Positions 27,764 to 39,608 of a stretch of DNA of 64,000 nucleotides are shown here, piece after piece; positions within the stretch are counted from its first letter, which is position 1; the number at the start of each line of letters is the position of its first letter. The notes under the pieces were generated by a model that saw nothing but the letters and a program-made list of their open reading frames with translations, searched no databases and was not told the origin of the DNA. The stretch is from Chrysomallon squamiferum. Lineage: Eukaryota; Animalia; Mollusca. The position numbers and the translations under genes are program-made. The DNA is taken from assembly GCA_012295275.1 (NCBI GenBank), contig CM022666.1, positions 4,092,001 to 4,156,000 of the forward strand, written 5' to 3'.

Positions 27764-28659
27764 GATTTATGGTATTTTTATTACCACATTTTTAAGATAA
27801 GTTTTTTTTTTTTCCTTAAAAATTATTATAATTAATTAATTAATTATTTTTTCATTTAATTCATTGTTAAAACCCTTTTTAAAATAAACCCATTTTTATC
27901 ATTTTCAGCTGGCCCGCAATAATTTTGATTTCTTTCCCCTGAATCGAGCCCTTAGCCTTCAGCACGAGGAGGACAGCAGTGAGAAGAAGCTGGAGACGCT
28001 GATGCAGCAGGTCGACTACCTCGTCACCAAGATGAAAGAAGAGGTTTGTCTCCCTTGGGTACTAAATGGGTGGGGTGTGCCTTAGTGGTAGAGTGTAGAC
28101 CTGAAACAAGATTGGCATCAACATCTGTAAAGATGTTAATATAGAGATACACACTGTAGTGATTGTGTGTGTGTGTGTGTGTATAAAATATTATACTCAG
28201 GTTTCTTCTTATAATGCATATTCTGATGATTAATATAAAAATAATTTGTCTGCATGTCTGTCTGTCTGTCTCTCTGTCTATATAATAAATACAGTGATTC
28301 ATTGGATAATATGCACTGGTCTGTTAAAAGGAAAATGCTATAGTTAACATTATTTAGAAATAAAATTAATTAATTTCATTATAAGAAGAAGAAAAATCAG
28401 TTAGTAAAAAAATAATATATATGATGGGTATTATACCTCAAGGGTCATTATTTGGGATCAATTTATCTTGATCTAATGTTTTCATTTTATGGCGTAACTA
28501 GTTTGATATTGTGACCCAAATATTTATGAAGTGATGAAGCAGGTGTTTTAATTTACATTTGTTTTATTCTTGCAGGAAGCTCGTAAGGAACGAGAGAAGG
28601 AGAGACAAAGACAAATGGAATGGGAAGCTAAATTTAAAACAGTGAAGAAGAGCAAATAA
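557..28659 (+). CDS. ITPR: Divergent inositol 1,4,5-trisphosphate receptor / RyR-superfamily Ca2+-release channel; 5'-truncated by the window, last 37 exons (~1585 aa)
   Basis: Phase-consistent exons: 557-664,1618-1754,2166-2233,2413-2468,2749-2910,3687-3925,4246-4327,4896-5083,5902-6015,7927-8005,8703-8789,9302-9409,10027-10098,10742-10871,11556-11694,12089-12241,12975-13131,13663-13760,14127-14226,15282-15374,15988-16191,16869-17162,18114-18311,18874-18942,19205-19304,19957-20075,20645-20814,21328-21420,22726-22881,23430-23544,24036-24159,24720-24895,25439-25591,26086-26163,27264-27383,27909-28043,28576-28659 (4758 nt, ends TAA). Motifs: RIH-like DLLATCAEGENRFIESICQ; LLFGGNEDVQ; RIH-associated LRVLGLMCDNQHKGLQNYLREQ; six TM segments; VIQAVTRNG; S6 LNIIFGIIVDTFSELR; Zn finger CFIC...HVKKEHNQWAY; DFFPLNRALSL; C-terminal coiled coil. 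Confidence 0.95.
665..975. repeat. ~55-bp degenerate minisatellite starting at the exon 1 donor
   Basis: AGATATCAGATTTTATTACACACACACTTTAATTTTAAACATCAGTATTA repeated about 6 times with decay. Confidence 0.8.
7975..8245 (+). repeat. Four ~65-80-bp degenerate tandem copies that include the exon 10 3' end and 5' splice site
   Basis: (C/T)TGTTTGA...TTTACAG|GTAAG at donors 8006, 8087 and 8159; ATCAG|GTAAAT at 8223. Confidence 0.75.
12489..12795 (+). mobile_element. Degenerate tRNA-derived SINE
   Basis: A-box-like head (CTAGTGGTTAGAGTGCTGGC...GGATCAGTTC), body AAAAGAGTTGCCCATAGGGCAGTAGCAGCAAGTTTCCTTTCTCTC and (TCCA)n tail; related fragments at ~14405-14600 and a head at ~28067-28110. Confidence 0.5.
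14853..15143. mobile_element. hAT (Charlie-type) non-autonomous MITE, decayed
   Basis: Termini CACTGGTTTTCAACC ... GGTTGAAAATTACGTA; 8-bp TSD CTCTAGAC (14845-14852) / CTTTAGAC (15144-15151), the NTCTAGAN-type target of Charlie hATs. Confidence 0.7.
16625..16848. repeat. ~25-bp minisatellite
   Basis: GAAACAAAA(T/C)TATTTCTTCCATCAT about 9 times. Confidence 0.85.
16869..17162 (+). CDS. ITPR: ITPR-like exon 22: RIH-associated domain (Ca2+-sensor region)
   Basis: ELDEEELAELTD...LRVLGLMCDNQHKGLQNYLREQPDNIKSVNLVAETTRFL...LFQTLVEYTS, bounded by cag/gtaagt; matches IP3R [20 protein letters not shown]...TLTEY. Confidence 0.93.
17166..17580. repeat. (GAAAGT)n-based ~53-65-bp minisatellite
   Basis: GAAAGTAAAAGTGAAAGTTACTTGTGTAGGAGACATTTTGTAAAATAGATCAT about 7 times. 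Confidence 0.88.
21760..22715. repeat. AT-rich compound minisatellite (~20-bp subunits, ~76-bp higher-order unit)
   Basis: CTGCTGTATTTTAATATATATAGTATATACATAG...TATACCAAGTATCTATATATTAATATACCAAA repeated. Confidence 0.85.
24160..24719 (+). other. GC-AG intron in the ITPR-like gene
   Basis: Donor AATG|GCAAGT at 24160 and acceptor tttcag at 24719 rebuild the conserved VTRNG-WSL junction; no GT donor at this position. Confidence 0.85.
24720..25591 (+). CDS. ITPR: ITPR-like exons 32-33: S5, pore helix, filter and S6 (intron 24896-25438)
   Basis: WSLILVGVFGLAVMYIFSLAAFAFF...CRTAYECLTTMIHHGLVEGIYS | SFEVKLTGKSYLYTLGVAAFDTIFFIIITTIGLNIIFGIIVDTFSELRDSK. Confidence 0.93.
26845..27078. repeat. 80-bp tandem repeat, 3 near-perfect copies
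   Basis: TTACCAATACTACAAAATCACGCACCTTTTTAATCATTAATGCAGAGAATGTGTTGTCTTAAATTTCAGTTTTT at ~26846, 26925 and 27005. Confidence 0.92.
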
Positions 28660-28749
28660 AGAAAAGCAACAAACTGAAATTTCAAAAAGCAATCAGTATC
28701 AACTGTGAAATATTGTTGAAGGCAAATTGAATGATAAAAATATTTTTTG

Positions 28750-29660
28750 AAAACCTGTAAACCTATGAAATCATATACAAATTACACTCAAACAATATGA
28801 AAAACGTGGAAAAACACAGAAGAAAAAAGTACGAAATCATTTACAAATAAAACTGTGAATAACATGTCCAGAAGTAAATCTGTGAAATCATTCATAAATA
28901 CAACATGAAATCATTACAAAAATCATTCATAAATCATGCAGAAGTAAATCAGTGATTTCATTTGGAAGTGAAAATGTTAGGAATTTATAAATAAAACTAT
29001 GAAAATATCGAGAAGTAATCATACATACGGTAACAATGAAATCATACAAAAGTAATTTATACAGTAAATACAGAGATACAGAAATAAATCTGTAAAATTA
29101 TTCAGAAGAAAGATTTTGAAGGCTTTGCAAATCTTTAAAAATCTCCAAATACAATTATGCAGTCATTGAAATGAAAACCTATGAAATATCACACACAAAT
29201 CAACAATGAAATCATTACAAAATCATTCATATGGTAAGTTAAGAAAACACACAGAAGTAAATCTATGAAATCATTCATAGATAAAACATGAAATCATTAT
29301 AAAAATCATTCATCAGGTAAATTAAGAAATCACAGGGAAATAAACCAGTGAAATCATTTCAAAGTAAAATTATGAAGTCTTTACAAATAAAAGTATGAAA
29401 ATGTCAAAGAAGTAAAATTATATTGTCATTAAGAAGAAAAACTATTAAATCACTCACAAATCAAAAGCGAATTCAGACAAAATGTTTAAATCTATGAAAA
29501 TGTCTTGTGCAAGAATTATGAATTCATCCAGAAATAAAACTGTCAAATTACACACGGTATACAGAAATAAAAATGTGTGAAATCATTCATAGAAAATATG
29601 TCACTATAAAATCAGACAAAACTAAAACTAAAATTATTGCAGATAAAATTATGAAAACAT
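28750..29660 (+). repeat. Degenerate GAAATCATT-motif repeat array in the presumptive ITPR-like 3' UTR
   Basis: Recurrent GAAGTAAATC(T/A)(G/A)TGAAATCATTCATA; 28871-29020 is duplicated at 29254-29415. Confidence 0.7.
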
Positions 29661-31538
29661 AACATCATAAAACAAGTGTAAATAATAATGGTTTAAAAAT
29701 TGATTTGTATAAATACAGTATTTGTATATATTACATGTGATATGTTTTTCATAAATGGATTTTGAACGTTTAAATGGAACAAACACTGAACTGCAATAAA
29801 ATATGCAAATGAAATTGTGAGATTAATTTTAACTGCTGTGTACAGTTCCATCAGTAGTTTTGTTAATATAAACTGATATTCAAATTAAAAATATTAAGAA
29901 TTCATAAATATATGTATATATGTAAATACTGAAACTGTTATAATAATATATATTTTTGAAATCTGTATAATATAACTGTCTTTATTTTTCTAAACAGTTA
30001 TTATTATTATTTTCAATATTATTATTATTTTATGTTTTCTTTCTTTTTCATATTAATGTTTATGTTATATTTATTTATTATTATTTTATTATTTTTTTTT
30101 TTTTTTATTATTATTATTATTTTTTTTTATTTATTTATATATATTTTTTTTTTGATGATTTAAAAAAAATTAGTATTTAATATTATAACCTTTTCTGTGA
30201 CCATTTAGACCAGGGAAAAACATTTTGCTCAGTATTATATTTTAAAACTGTTTTATAGTTCAGTATTATGTCATTCTTATATTTTGATATTTTTATAAAT
30301 AAAGGCAAATAACATTAAAATTTTAAAATATTTAAATTTTCTTTTCTTTTCTTTTTCTAAAATTGTATTACTGATTTAAATAATTAAAGAATTTTTTTTT
30401 TTAAATTTATATTTAATATTAAAATATTTTATTTTATTTTATATTTTATTTTTAATTTTATTATTATTATTACTATTTTTTTTTTTTGTAAACTGAAATC
30501 TTTATACTGGTTTTTTAACTTTTTAAAAACATTTTATTGAAATATTTTGAACATTAGATTTTTTTAGTTTTCAGAAATCATTCTTGTATAAGTATGTTTG
30601 TTAAAAATATCTTCTTTTTTATGCACATTAAATTAGTTAAGTTTTATAAAATTGTGAATTTTAATATTTATCAGTGAGTGTAATATTTTCAGTAATATTT
30701 GACACAAATATTTTAAACTGTATTTTGTTTCTTTTTAATCACAAAACAATGAAATAAGACTTTTATTTCATTACAAGTTGTATTCATTTTATGTCATATA
30801 ATTTTCTACCATTTTACGTTTTTAATTTATACCTTTTCCCATAGCAATGATGTATATTTTGAACTATTTTTAATTAAAATGGTTCATATTTATTTTATTC
30901 TTTTTAATTAATTTTCGTTTTTCAAATATAAATTTGATAATGTAATGTAGTGTTATATATATTTATATATATATAATTTGTATATTGTTGTTGATAATAA
31001 GATGAGATGAGAATATGTGCTGTGATAAATACTGTGATAAATATTTTGAAAAAAAAAATGTTTTAAAATTGTAATTTGCTATTTGTATTTATTTACTTGC
31101 AGTATTAACTGTACAGAAACTACAAAATAAAGATTCATTGAAAAAATGTGAAAATAAAATTATATATTGCAAGTTTTGACTTATGTTATTTTTAAATTAT
31201 ATTTCAAGAACAGAAATTGTTTATGAAGTTTTGAAGGCTGCTAAGTAAACTAAAATAATGAAGTTTTGCTGACATATTGTCCCATTCCAAACATGCTCCA
31301 AGGTTGATAATAACAATTTCCAGTCTATGACTGCATGAATCTAATTAGGACTCAAGACTCACAGAGATGTGTTTTAAACCAGGTAGCATTTTAATTGTGT
31401 TTGCATTTTCTGAAAAAAGTCAAACTATAACAGTATATTTTCACTTCTTCCTTGAGTTCACAGTTCAGTTACTGAATTTTTTTTTTTTTAATCATATTAA
31501 TGATCAACTGAAAAATAATACTTAGTCACACATGCACC

Positions 31539-31599
<61 letters not shown>

Positions 31600-32329
31600 G
31601 CATGTCTTTTATGTGTGTGTGTGTGTGTGTGTGTGTGTACATGTGTGTATGTATATATATATATATATATAAATATATATAAACACACAATTATATAAAG
31701 TGGCTTTAGCAAGTGGTGGGGCACAGGGTTGATTGCCTTGGGCCAGAATTCTTGGGTTTACTACTGAACTAGTGGAAGAGGCTTGTTAATTTCCATGGGT
31801 TAGGGGATGGAATATACTTGTGTTTTCCCCAGGCCCTGGCAACCAATGCTATGCCTCTGCACATACACACATGCACACACAAACACACACACACACACAT
31901 ACATACATATATATACATATAAACATGTATAAATCATTGATGCAACCTATTTTTTTTTTAAACTTTTCTTTTATTTATTTTTTTTTTTTTCGTTCTTTAT
32001 TTTCTTGTCTGTTACCACAGTACAGCCAAATGCTAACGGTTTTAAAAAACTACTTTTGTGTTTCATTTTGCATGAGTTTGTGAGTTCCCAGGTAGATATG
32101 CTGAAATATTTATTTTATTTAAACAAACACAAGAAAATTACATTAGCAGTCAGCTTAAAATAACATAATATTATCTGAATAAAATTATATTTATATTTCT
32201 AAGAAAGTTTTTTAGATATCAAGCATAAAATGTTTTTTAGATATCAAGCATAAAACGTTGACAGAAAAGACAGAAAATATACATAATTAATGTTTAAACA
32301 ATATTTAATTTTCCTTATCCTATTTTTCA

Positions 32330-32430
32330 CCTTAATCGTCTTTGACGCCACTTCTGGGAACAAGATTGGTTCTCATGTGTATTGAAGGAAATCACAAAGG
32401 AAGATTGTTAATGGCAGTGCGTGTGAGTTG
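32330..32430 (+). promoter_or_regulatory. Probable promoter / non-coding first exon of golgin-45
   Basis: Locally CpG-containing stretch with a reverse CCAAT (ATTGG) and donor-like GTGAGT/GTAAGT at ~32423-32435; an acceptor at 32941 precedes the ATG at 32961. Confidence 0.35.
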
Positions 32431-32960
32431 TAAGTTTTAGTTTCTGCTTTCGTATGTTTTGTGAGTTGTTGATTTGTTAACATTTAACGTCTTTATTTCA
32501 TTTGTATGTATTCTTTTTATTTAAATATTACAATAGTAATTTTTTTTAGATAAGAGAATAAGTTGAAATATATGTATAGTTTTATGAATGCGAATGATCG
32601 GTATGTCACTGTAGTATGTGACATGTTACAAATTACGTTGTTTGTTTTTGTTTTAGTTATTGTTTTTTAAATGTGTGTCTATCACTTTAAAATCGTGACT
32701 TTACATCTGAAATCAGATGAAAATATGCTGCGATATATAATAATTTAGATTTAAAAAATTTAATATTTAAAAAGACATTTTAAAAATTAAAAAATTACAT
32801 GACCATCACCATGATATTGAAACGGCAAAATATTTAACTTAAAAATGAAATATTTAAAAAAATTTAAAGCAAAAATCGGATAATAAATAATTAATGCAGA
32901 ACTAAAATGTTGAATTTTTTATTTTTATTTTATTTTCAAAGATTATTTTACTGAAAAAAT

Positions 32961-35900
32961 ATGCAGAATAAAGAGGAAGGGCAAGAAACAGTATTGTTAA
33001 GATATCCAACTCCAAAGTATGACTTTAAAGGGAGAAAGCTGAGTAAAACACAGTCTACAGTCAATTCACAGCCTTCATCTTCAGTTAACTTGGTACAAGA
33101 AACTGGTTTAAAAACTGAAGTTTCTAAAAAGCAAAGCAGTGACCATGGCTTGAAGAGTGAAAAAGATGCAATAAACATCAAACAGAAAGAAATAAGGTCA
33201 CAGCACTCAGAGGTGGGTAGAAGTAAAAGCAGTTTGTCACACAATGTGGACCAGATCAACAGCCAACAGTCAACAGTGTCTTCTAGTCATACAAATGATA
33301 GTCAAACACTTCCTGGTAAAACTGGAACCATTCCTCAGACGGGTTTAAATTCCACCAAAAATGAAGAGCACAACCAGAACAAACCAAAACAATCTTCAGT
33401 TGATTGGTCTTCTAGTCACCATAAATGCGTTTGTGATAGAGAGAAATCTGATGTTCCACTGCAAGGGTTGACAAATCTCTTATCTCAGATTCAGGTTCAG
33501 AATTTAAACAGCCCCCATAGCCCCTTTCTGAATCTGGGAAAAAGGTGAAGAAGAGAAACTGGAGAAGGAGAATGAATCTCTGAAGAAACAGCTGAATGTG
33601 CAATTGAAGGTTGGTGGATTTTTTTAATTAAATTTTTAAATGTCTCTAGTGATCACAATATTGAACATGAATTTAACTTTGTTTTTATTTATAGATACTC
33701 TTCCAGCTGTCACAATATCCCAGGTTGAAACAATACTGAATTTTATTTTTCCTATTTTTCATTGGCATTGTGTGCCATTTTTCCTTTTTCAGTGTCCACT
33801 TCTGCACAGAGGATGTGAAGAAGACCGTGGCCATTGATGTAATGTTTGTGTTACAGAGACTTCATTATTAAAATTAATTTCTTATTGTTTACATGTGTAA
33901 TTTGAATCTTTCAGGTTAATGCAGAGTTGAAAAAATTGCTGATCGCCTCTGTGGGAGAAGAGTTGGAATCTAGAGTAGAAAGACTGGTCAGGTAATTTCT
34001 GAGATGATTAAACAGATACAGGTTGAGGATCCCTTTATTCTGAAATCGGACACTTTTTCCAAGCAGCAGAAGTAATAATATCTTTCAGTTTTCTGACATT
34101 TTTTGGCATATAAAAACAGTATTTTATGCACAAAATTATTCAAAATTGTATTTTAAAAAAGCCTTGCAGATATCTGTGTAAGCTGTTTATGAAAAATAAA
34201 TGGAATTCATATTTAGATGATTCTTTTCTCATGCCTATCATCTCCTTATATTCTGAAATCTGAAATATTCTGAAATCCTGGTCTCAAGCATTTCGGATAA
34301 ACGATACTCAACCAGTATAGTGAAACTCTTTAAACTGGATTTGCCCTCCAAACCCAAATGGTTTTGTAGTCACAGTAATCAAGCATCTATTCTATGTTAT
34401 AAAGCCTCAGTTTGATGAACCCACTTTGATGGCAGATATAATTTTACTTTGTCCTAACACTGTTCAGTTTTGAGAAGTTTCATTGTTTTTAAATGAAAGA
34501 AGACCTTACTGCAATACACCAAATGGCTGCTCTGAATCATATTAATAAGTAGCAAGGAATCTTTTATATTTACCTTTGATGTAGAAAAAAAAAAGTTCTT
34601 TAAGTATTTCCAGTTGTTTGCTACATGGTGAAATGCAAGATTTCAGGAATTACAATGCATCAGATCCGTTTGTTCTTTTTTCATATAAGTAGAATGAAAT
34701 TAAAATGCTCTAATTATAACTGCTGTAATAATCTTTGTTCTGTAGTTCTCATTGATGTTATTTTTTACAGGGATAAGGCAGAGTTGTCTGAGGAAGTTGG
34801 AGGTTACACTAAGAAAGTCACAGAAGATTATGAAAATCTCGACAAGATTTCCATTCAGGCAGACATGTGGAGAAGCAAGTTTCTAGCCAGCAGGTATTTA
34901 TAACTATATTTTTTCCTTCTTCTTCTTCTTCTTCGTCTTTTTTTCTTCTTTTTCTTATTATTTTTTTCTTTTTTTAAAGTATTTTTGAAAAAAGGAATTT
35001 TTTCAGAGTAAAATTTAAAAAAAAAAAAAAAATGTTTTGGGTATCTTTTATTATTATTATTTTTTATTTTTTAAAGTAGTTTTTTAGTAGTGTTTAAAAA
35101 AAGGAACTTTTATCAAGATTCTTTTGTCTTCATTGTTTGTTGTTTTGTTGTTGTTGCTAGGCTTTCTTAAAGTTAATTTCTTTTTAAAAAATTTGGAACA
35201 GTCTGAAAACTCTCTCTCTTTCTCTCTCTCTCATCTCCCTTTTTCTTTGTCCTTTTCTTTCTCTCTCTAATTCATTCTCTCTCATTTCTCCATCTTAAAA
35301 GTAAAATAACATTTCAGTTTATCAAGTTAAACTTTATAAAAATAATTTTTGTTCTGTTAACAGGGTGATGATTGAGGAACTGGCCAGTGGACGGGCGTTT
35401 TATGCGACACAGTACCAGGAATCCCAGGATGCATTGCAACAGCTCCTAACTGAGCGACATGAAGTCAGGGCCCATCTTCTTGAATGCTACAGGTAAACAA
35501 AATTTTTTTAATTTACAAATATTTTTTGATAGTCTATGCTTCATTTTTTTTTCATTACTGAACTTATTTTTTTATCAAAGCTTCTATTTCATGCCAAATT
35601 TATTAAGCTGAATAATTTTTGTTTGTTATTTGATGATTCTGATTTGGCTTCAGAATATTTTACAAGTGTTGAGACTAATGCTGAAACATTTTTGGTCATT
35701 TCTTGAAAGCACTAGCTTAATTTCAAACTATTTTACAGTTTCAGGAATACTCAACTGTCAGTGGATTTTTTTTATTTAATATAAATTTATAACTTAACAA
35801 CATTAAGATATAAGTTCGGCGTAGTGGCCTGATTAAGTTAGACGAATGAGAAAAGACTAAAATTTATATATCTTTTTCAAAATATTTTACTGTTCTCTCA

Positions 35901-36477
35901 ATGTGTGTGCTAGCCATTCTGTGTACAAAACCTTTTACATAGTTTTGCAGTATTTGTTTTACTTTTACATCTTCACTGTCTCTAATCTTTAGCTAGAGTG
36001 GTCTGGTTAAATAAAGACAAAAAACGGAGACAAAGACAGACTTAAAATCTTTTGATTTTTCAGAGTTCTGCAGCAAGTGAAAGGAGCCTTCGACCCCCTG
36101 AATACTCATCGCTCTTCCCACCTGCCCTCCACAAATGTGATAGACCTGTCTAAACAGGCTCACCAGCTGGCTGAGGCCATCAGGTTCAGGCTGTTGCCAG
36201 GACAACTCAATCTGCAGACGGTCATAGACATAGACAGTGACAATGAGCTGACAAATGCTGAATGTTTTGCTCAGGAAGTAAGTGGTTCATTTACACACAC
36301 ACACACACAAGTAGACAGATACGTGCACTCACACATGCACACACATAGTGAGATATGGTAACTAATAATTGTAAATAATTTAATGCAATATTACATGTTT
36401 ATACACACATACACATATTTATATATATTATTATATCTGTATTTTCAATCCGTCTGTCAGTTTATCTAATCTATCTA

Positions 36478-36520
<43 letters not shown>

Positions 36521-37058
36521 GTCTATGTATATATTTAGTTTTTCCCCACCATAGTAAGTTAATAATATATACAGATTGATATATTAAAAGTTTCAACTTT
36601 CAAGAAAACTCATTGTATGATTAAATTTAGTTCCTTTAATCAAAACTTTATCACTTCATATGAATATTATTATTGTAAAATATAAAAAAAATTATTGTCT
36701 TGTGTTTATGTGTGTCATTTAGTGTAAGGATATGATATAGACATAATATCCAATGATGAATGTATTTTTTAAAAATAATTGTAGCTTGAGCAATGTTTTA
36801 AAAAGGAAGAAGTTTAATATTCTCTTATGATGACGTTCAAAGCAAACTTTTAGTTTTATAACTTTTTTTTTTTTACCTTTTTTTATCAAACAGCTTGTAT
36901 CCAGACCAGTGAAAGTGGACATCATGACACAGAAACCATGTATGAACCTGTTTGCACCGGAAAAAAGCAGAATAGAAAGATTTCATCCCGAAGTCAATTT
37001 TGAAAACCTCACATTTTACTGCTGTGCTAAATGCAAGGGTGAAATTAGTGTCATATAG
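32961..37058 (+). CDS. BLZF1: Golgin-45 (BLZF1/JEM-1) homolog
   Basis: Exons 32961-33609 (frame break near 33540; alternative route 32961-33544 + 33793-33838), 33915-33991, 34771-34893, 35364-35492, 36064-36277, 36894-37058 (TAG). Motifs VNAELKKLLIASVG, SIQADMWRSKFLASRVM and C-terminal RFHPEVNFENLTFYCCAKCKGEISVI match recalled human golgin-45 (VNRELKKLLVASVG, SIQCDVWRSKFLASRVM, RFHPYTRYENITFNCCNHCRGELIAL). Confidence 0.92.
34019..34315. mobile_element. Tc1/mariner pogo/Tigger-type MITE (Tigger4/Zombi-like)
   Basis: TA|CAGGTTGAGGATCCCTTTATTCTGAAAT ... ATTTCGGATAAACGATACTCAACCAG|TA: imperfect TIRs with TA duplication. Confidence 0.8.
34318..34485. mobile_element. Second, abutting Tc1/mariner-type MITE (decayed)
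   Basis: Left end TAGTGAAACTCTTTAAACTGGA versus right end TTCAGTTTTGAGAAGTTTCATTG (imperfect inverted repeat), starting at the TA that ends the previous element. Confidence 0.5.
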
Positions 37059-39398
37059 AAGAGAAATTTTTACATCTTTGGTCATGCATTTTTACAAAAC
37101 AAATTATTATTATTAATTTTTTTAATTTTTAGTTTATTTTTGTTATTATTTTTGTTGTCCAAACGGACAAGTTTAAATTGGTTTTGGTTTTAATGTATTT
37201 TCTTGCTGAATATAAGTCCAAAGATTTCACATAGGTCTGGGTGTTAATATTTTTATTATTATTTTATTATTTGAAATTAATGTTTATATCATATCAGAAG
37301 TCAGCATTGGATTAAATTATGTTTGATACGTTTTTTAGATTTGTAAAGTATTTTTATAAAAAAAAGAGAAAAACAAAAAATGTTATCTGATTTTCTAAAA
37401 TAAGATAATATACTGTTAAGTACTGTTGTGGTTTGAAAAACAAATTTATTGTATTGAAAGCATATATATCTATATCTACACACACTTTCATCTGTGTATG
37501 TATATATATGTGTGTATATATATATATGAAATTGAATAACTGAATAATTTTATTCTTTCAAATTATTTCATCAGTTTATTCTGAAGTTATTTTCTTTTAT
37601 ATTTTTATGTTTATTTGTTTATTTATAGCCATTCCATTAACTGTCTGTCTGTCTGTCTGTCTGTCTAACCATCATTATACAATCATGGAGTAAGGTTTAT
37701 TTTAGTTTTTTTCCTGTTGTAATATTTCATTAAACTGTATTTAAAATTATTATATATTATAATTCTGTTATTGTTATTCAGGTTGAGGTCTGGGTTATTG
37801 CATTTTGCTGTTTGAACTGATAATCAAGTTGTTCAAATGTTATTAGGTTAATAGGTTAATCATCTCAATCATTATTTCATTTATTGTCATTTTTAGCATT
37901 AATAAAAGAAATATTTTGATAATATAAATGCAATTTATGAAAATCAAAAAAAAAGAAAGAAAGAAAGAAAGAAAGACAATTATACTAATGCAAAAAGAAA
38001 ACAAAAATAAGATTAATATAATCGCAGAAAAAAACAATACTGTCATCTTCAAAAATGCTTTGTTTTATTGTTTAAAAATATAACTTTATATTTATTAAAA
38101 ATACAACAAATTTAATTTTTAATTTTTTTCATGGACACAACTGCTGACTGTTTATGACAAATGTGCTTGCAGCTTTAATTTGGATGTAAACATGATTGTA
38201 TGTAAGGCCACATTAAAGAAAACATGCTTGTTTAACATCTGCATCTCACTCAAAAAATGCCCCTACATAAAATATCTTTTATTTTTTATTTTTCAAAAAA
38301 AAAAAAAAAGCAACCCCAAAACCCACCCAATTCTTCTAAAAAAAAGTGTTAAAATTCTTGAAACAACATTATAGTGATTGCACCATCACCAAAAAGCTTC
38401 ATCCTAACAATAAAATAATGTGTGATGTATGGTAGCACTTTAACTTCAAGAACTTCACCTATTTCTAATGCATTGAGCTTTTGTCTGAACAAAGATTTTA
38501 TAGCTATTTTAATGTTATCTTGTTTGTGCAGTTTCTTATTAGAAAATGTCTATGGGGGTAGTCTGTAGATTCCTGTTATGACTTTGAACAACTTTTTACA
38601 TACAAAATAAAAATAATAATAAAAAACCTACCAGGAAAAATTTAAATGGATCAGTGCTAAACATGCATTTTTTTTGATGTGGCCTCAATTTTAAGTTTTT
38701 AAGTGTATACACATTTAACTATACCAGTGGGAGAATGAATCTGTTTTATTTACATATTTCTTGTTTGTTTAAACTTTTAATTTAATTTTGTAATTTTTAC
38801 GTTCCAGAATTTTACTTTAACAGCCCTTTGGATGAATTTGTTGATATATATATATATTTTTTAATTCTAAATAATAATAGTAATATTATATATTGCTTAT
38901 TTGTTTATAATAATAATAATAATAATGCTAACTGAATACTTTTGAAATGATAAAATATGGTACATAGAAGAAGAAGAAGCAGAAAAAAGGTTAAAATAAA
39001 ATTTAATATAAAAACAAAATTTGAATTTTCAGATATCTTTTAACAGATTTCATCTTATCTTTGAAACTTTTATTTTCCTTTTCCTTTCATTTGTTTTTTG
39101 AATTCTTTTTTTATTTTTGAAATATTTATTTCTTTGCAATATAACTTTTATTTTTTGTTTGCCAAATTATGAAATTTGCTCAGGATAAAAATTATTTTTT
39201 TAATGTAAATTATCCAAAGATTGTTTATACTATTGTCTCAGGATAAAATTCGAGAACAAATATCTAGTCATGTATTGTGCCATGATTAATTTAAATAATT
39301 TAGTTTATGAAATAAATGTATTAATTTGTCTAGATAATAAACTGTATTTTACTAATGGTTGAACCACCAAAACTGTAAAAATGGAGCTGGAATCTGTC

Positions 39399-39442
<44 letters not shown>

Positions 39443-39556
39443 CTTTTAAGACCATAATGTGTATATAAAACAATATAAAAATTATGTATGTACTGTTATT
39501 GTATATTAATAAATATATTTTGAAAAAAAACAAATGCCTCATATGGAAATTGACGA

Positions 39557-39608
<52 letters not shown>

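Noticed and set aside
28067-28110. tRNA-like A-box (CCTTAGTGGTAGAGTG)
   Set aside because: No B-box or cloverleaf; best read as a SINE head remnant, not a tRNA gene.
29795-31135. Several AATAAA hexamers as poly(A) signals of the channel gene
   Set aside because: Expected by chance in such AT-rich DNA; cannot choose among them without transcript data.
392-31724. Many poly-I/L/Y, FIYL, CV, HT and RE ORFs in the track
   Set aside because: Translations of (TTA)n, (TTTA)n, (GT)n and (GA)n microsatellites.
33536-33542. In-frame G GGA AAA heptamer as a -1 frameshift site
   Set aside because: The -1 frame stops at TGA 33581; the conserved golgin-45 sequence is in the +1 frame.
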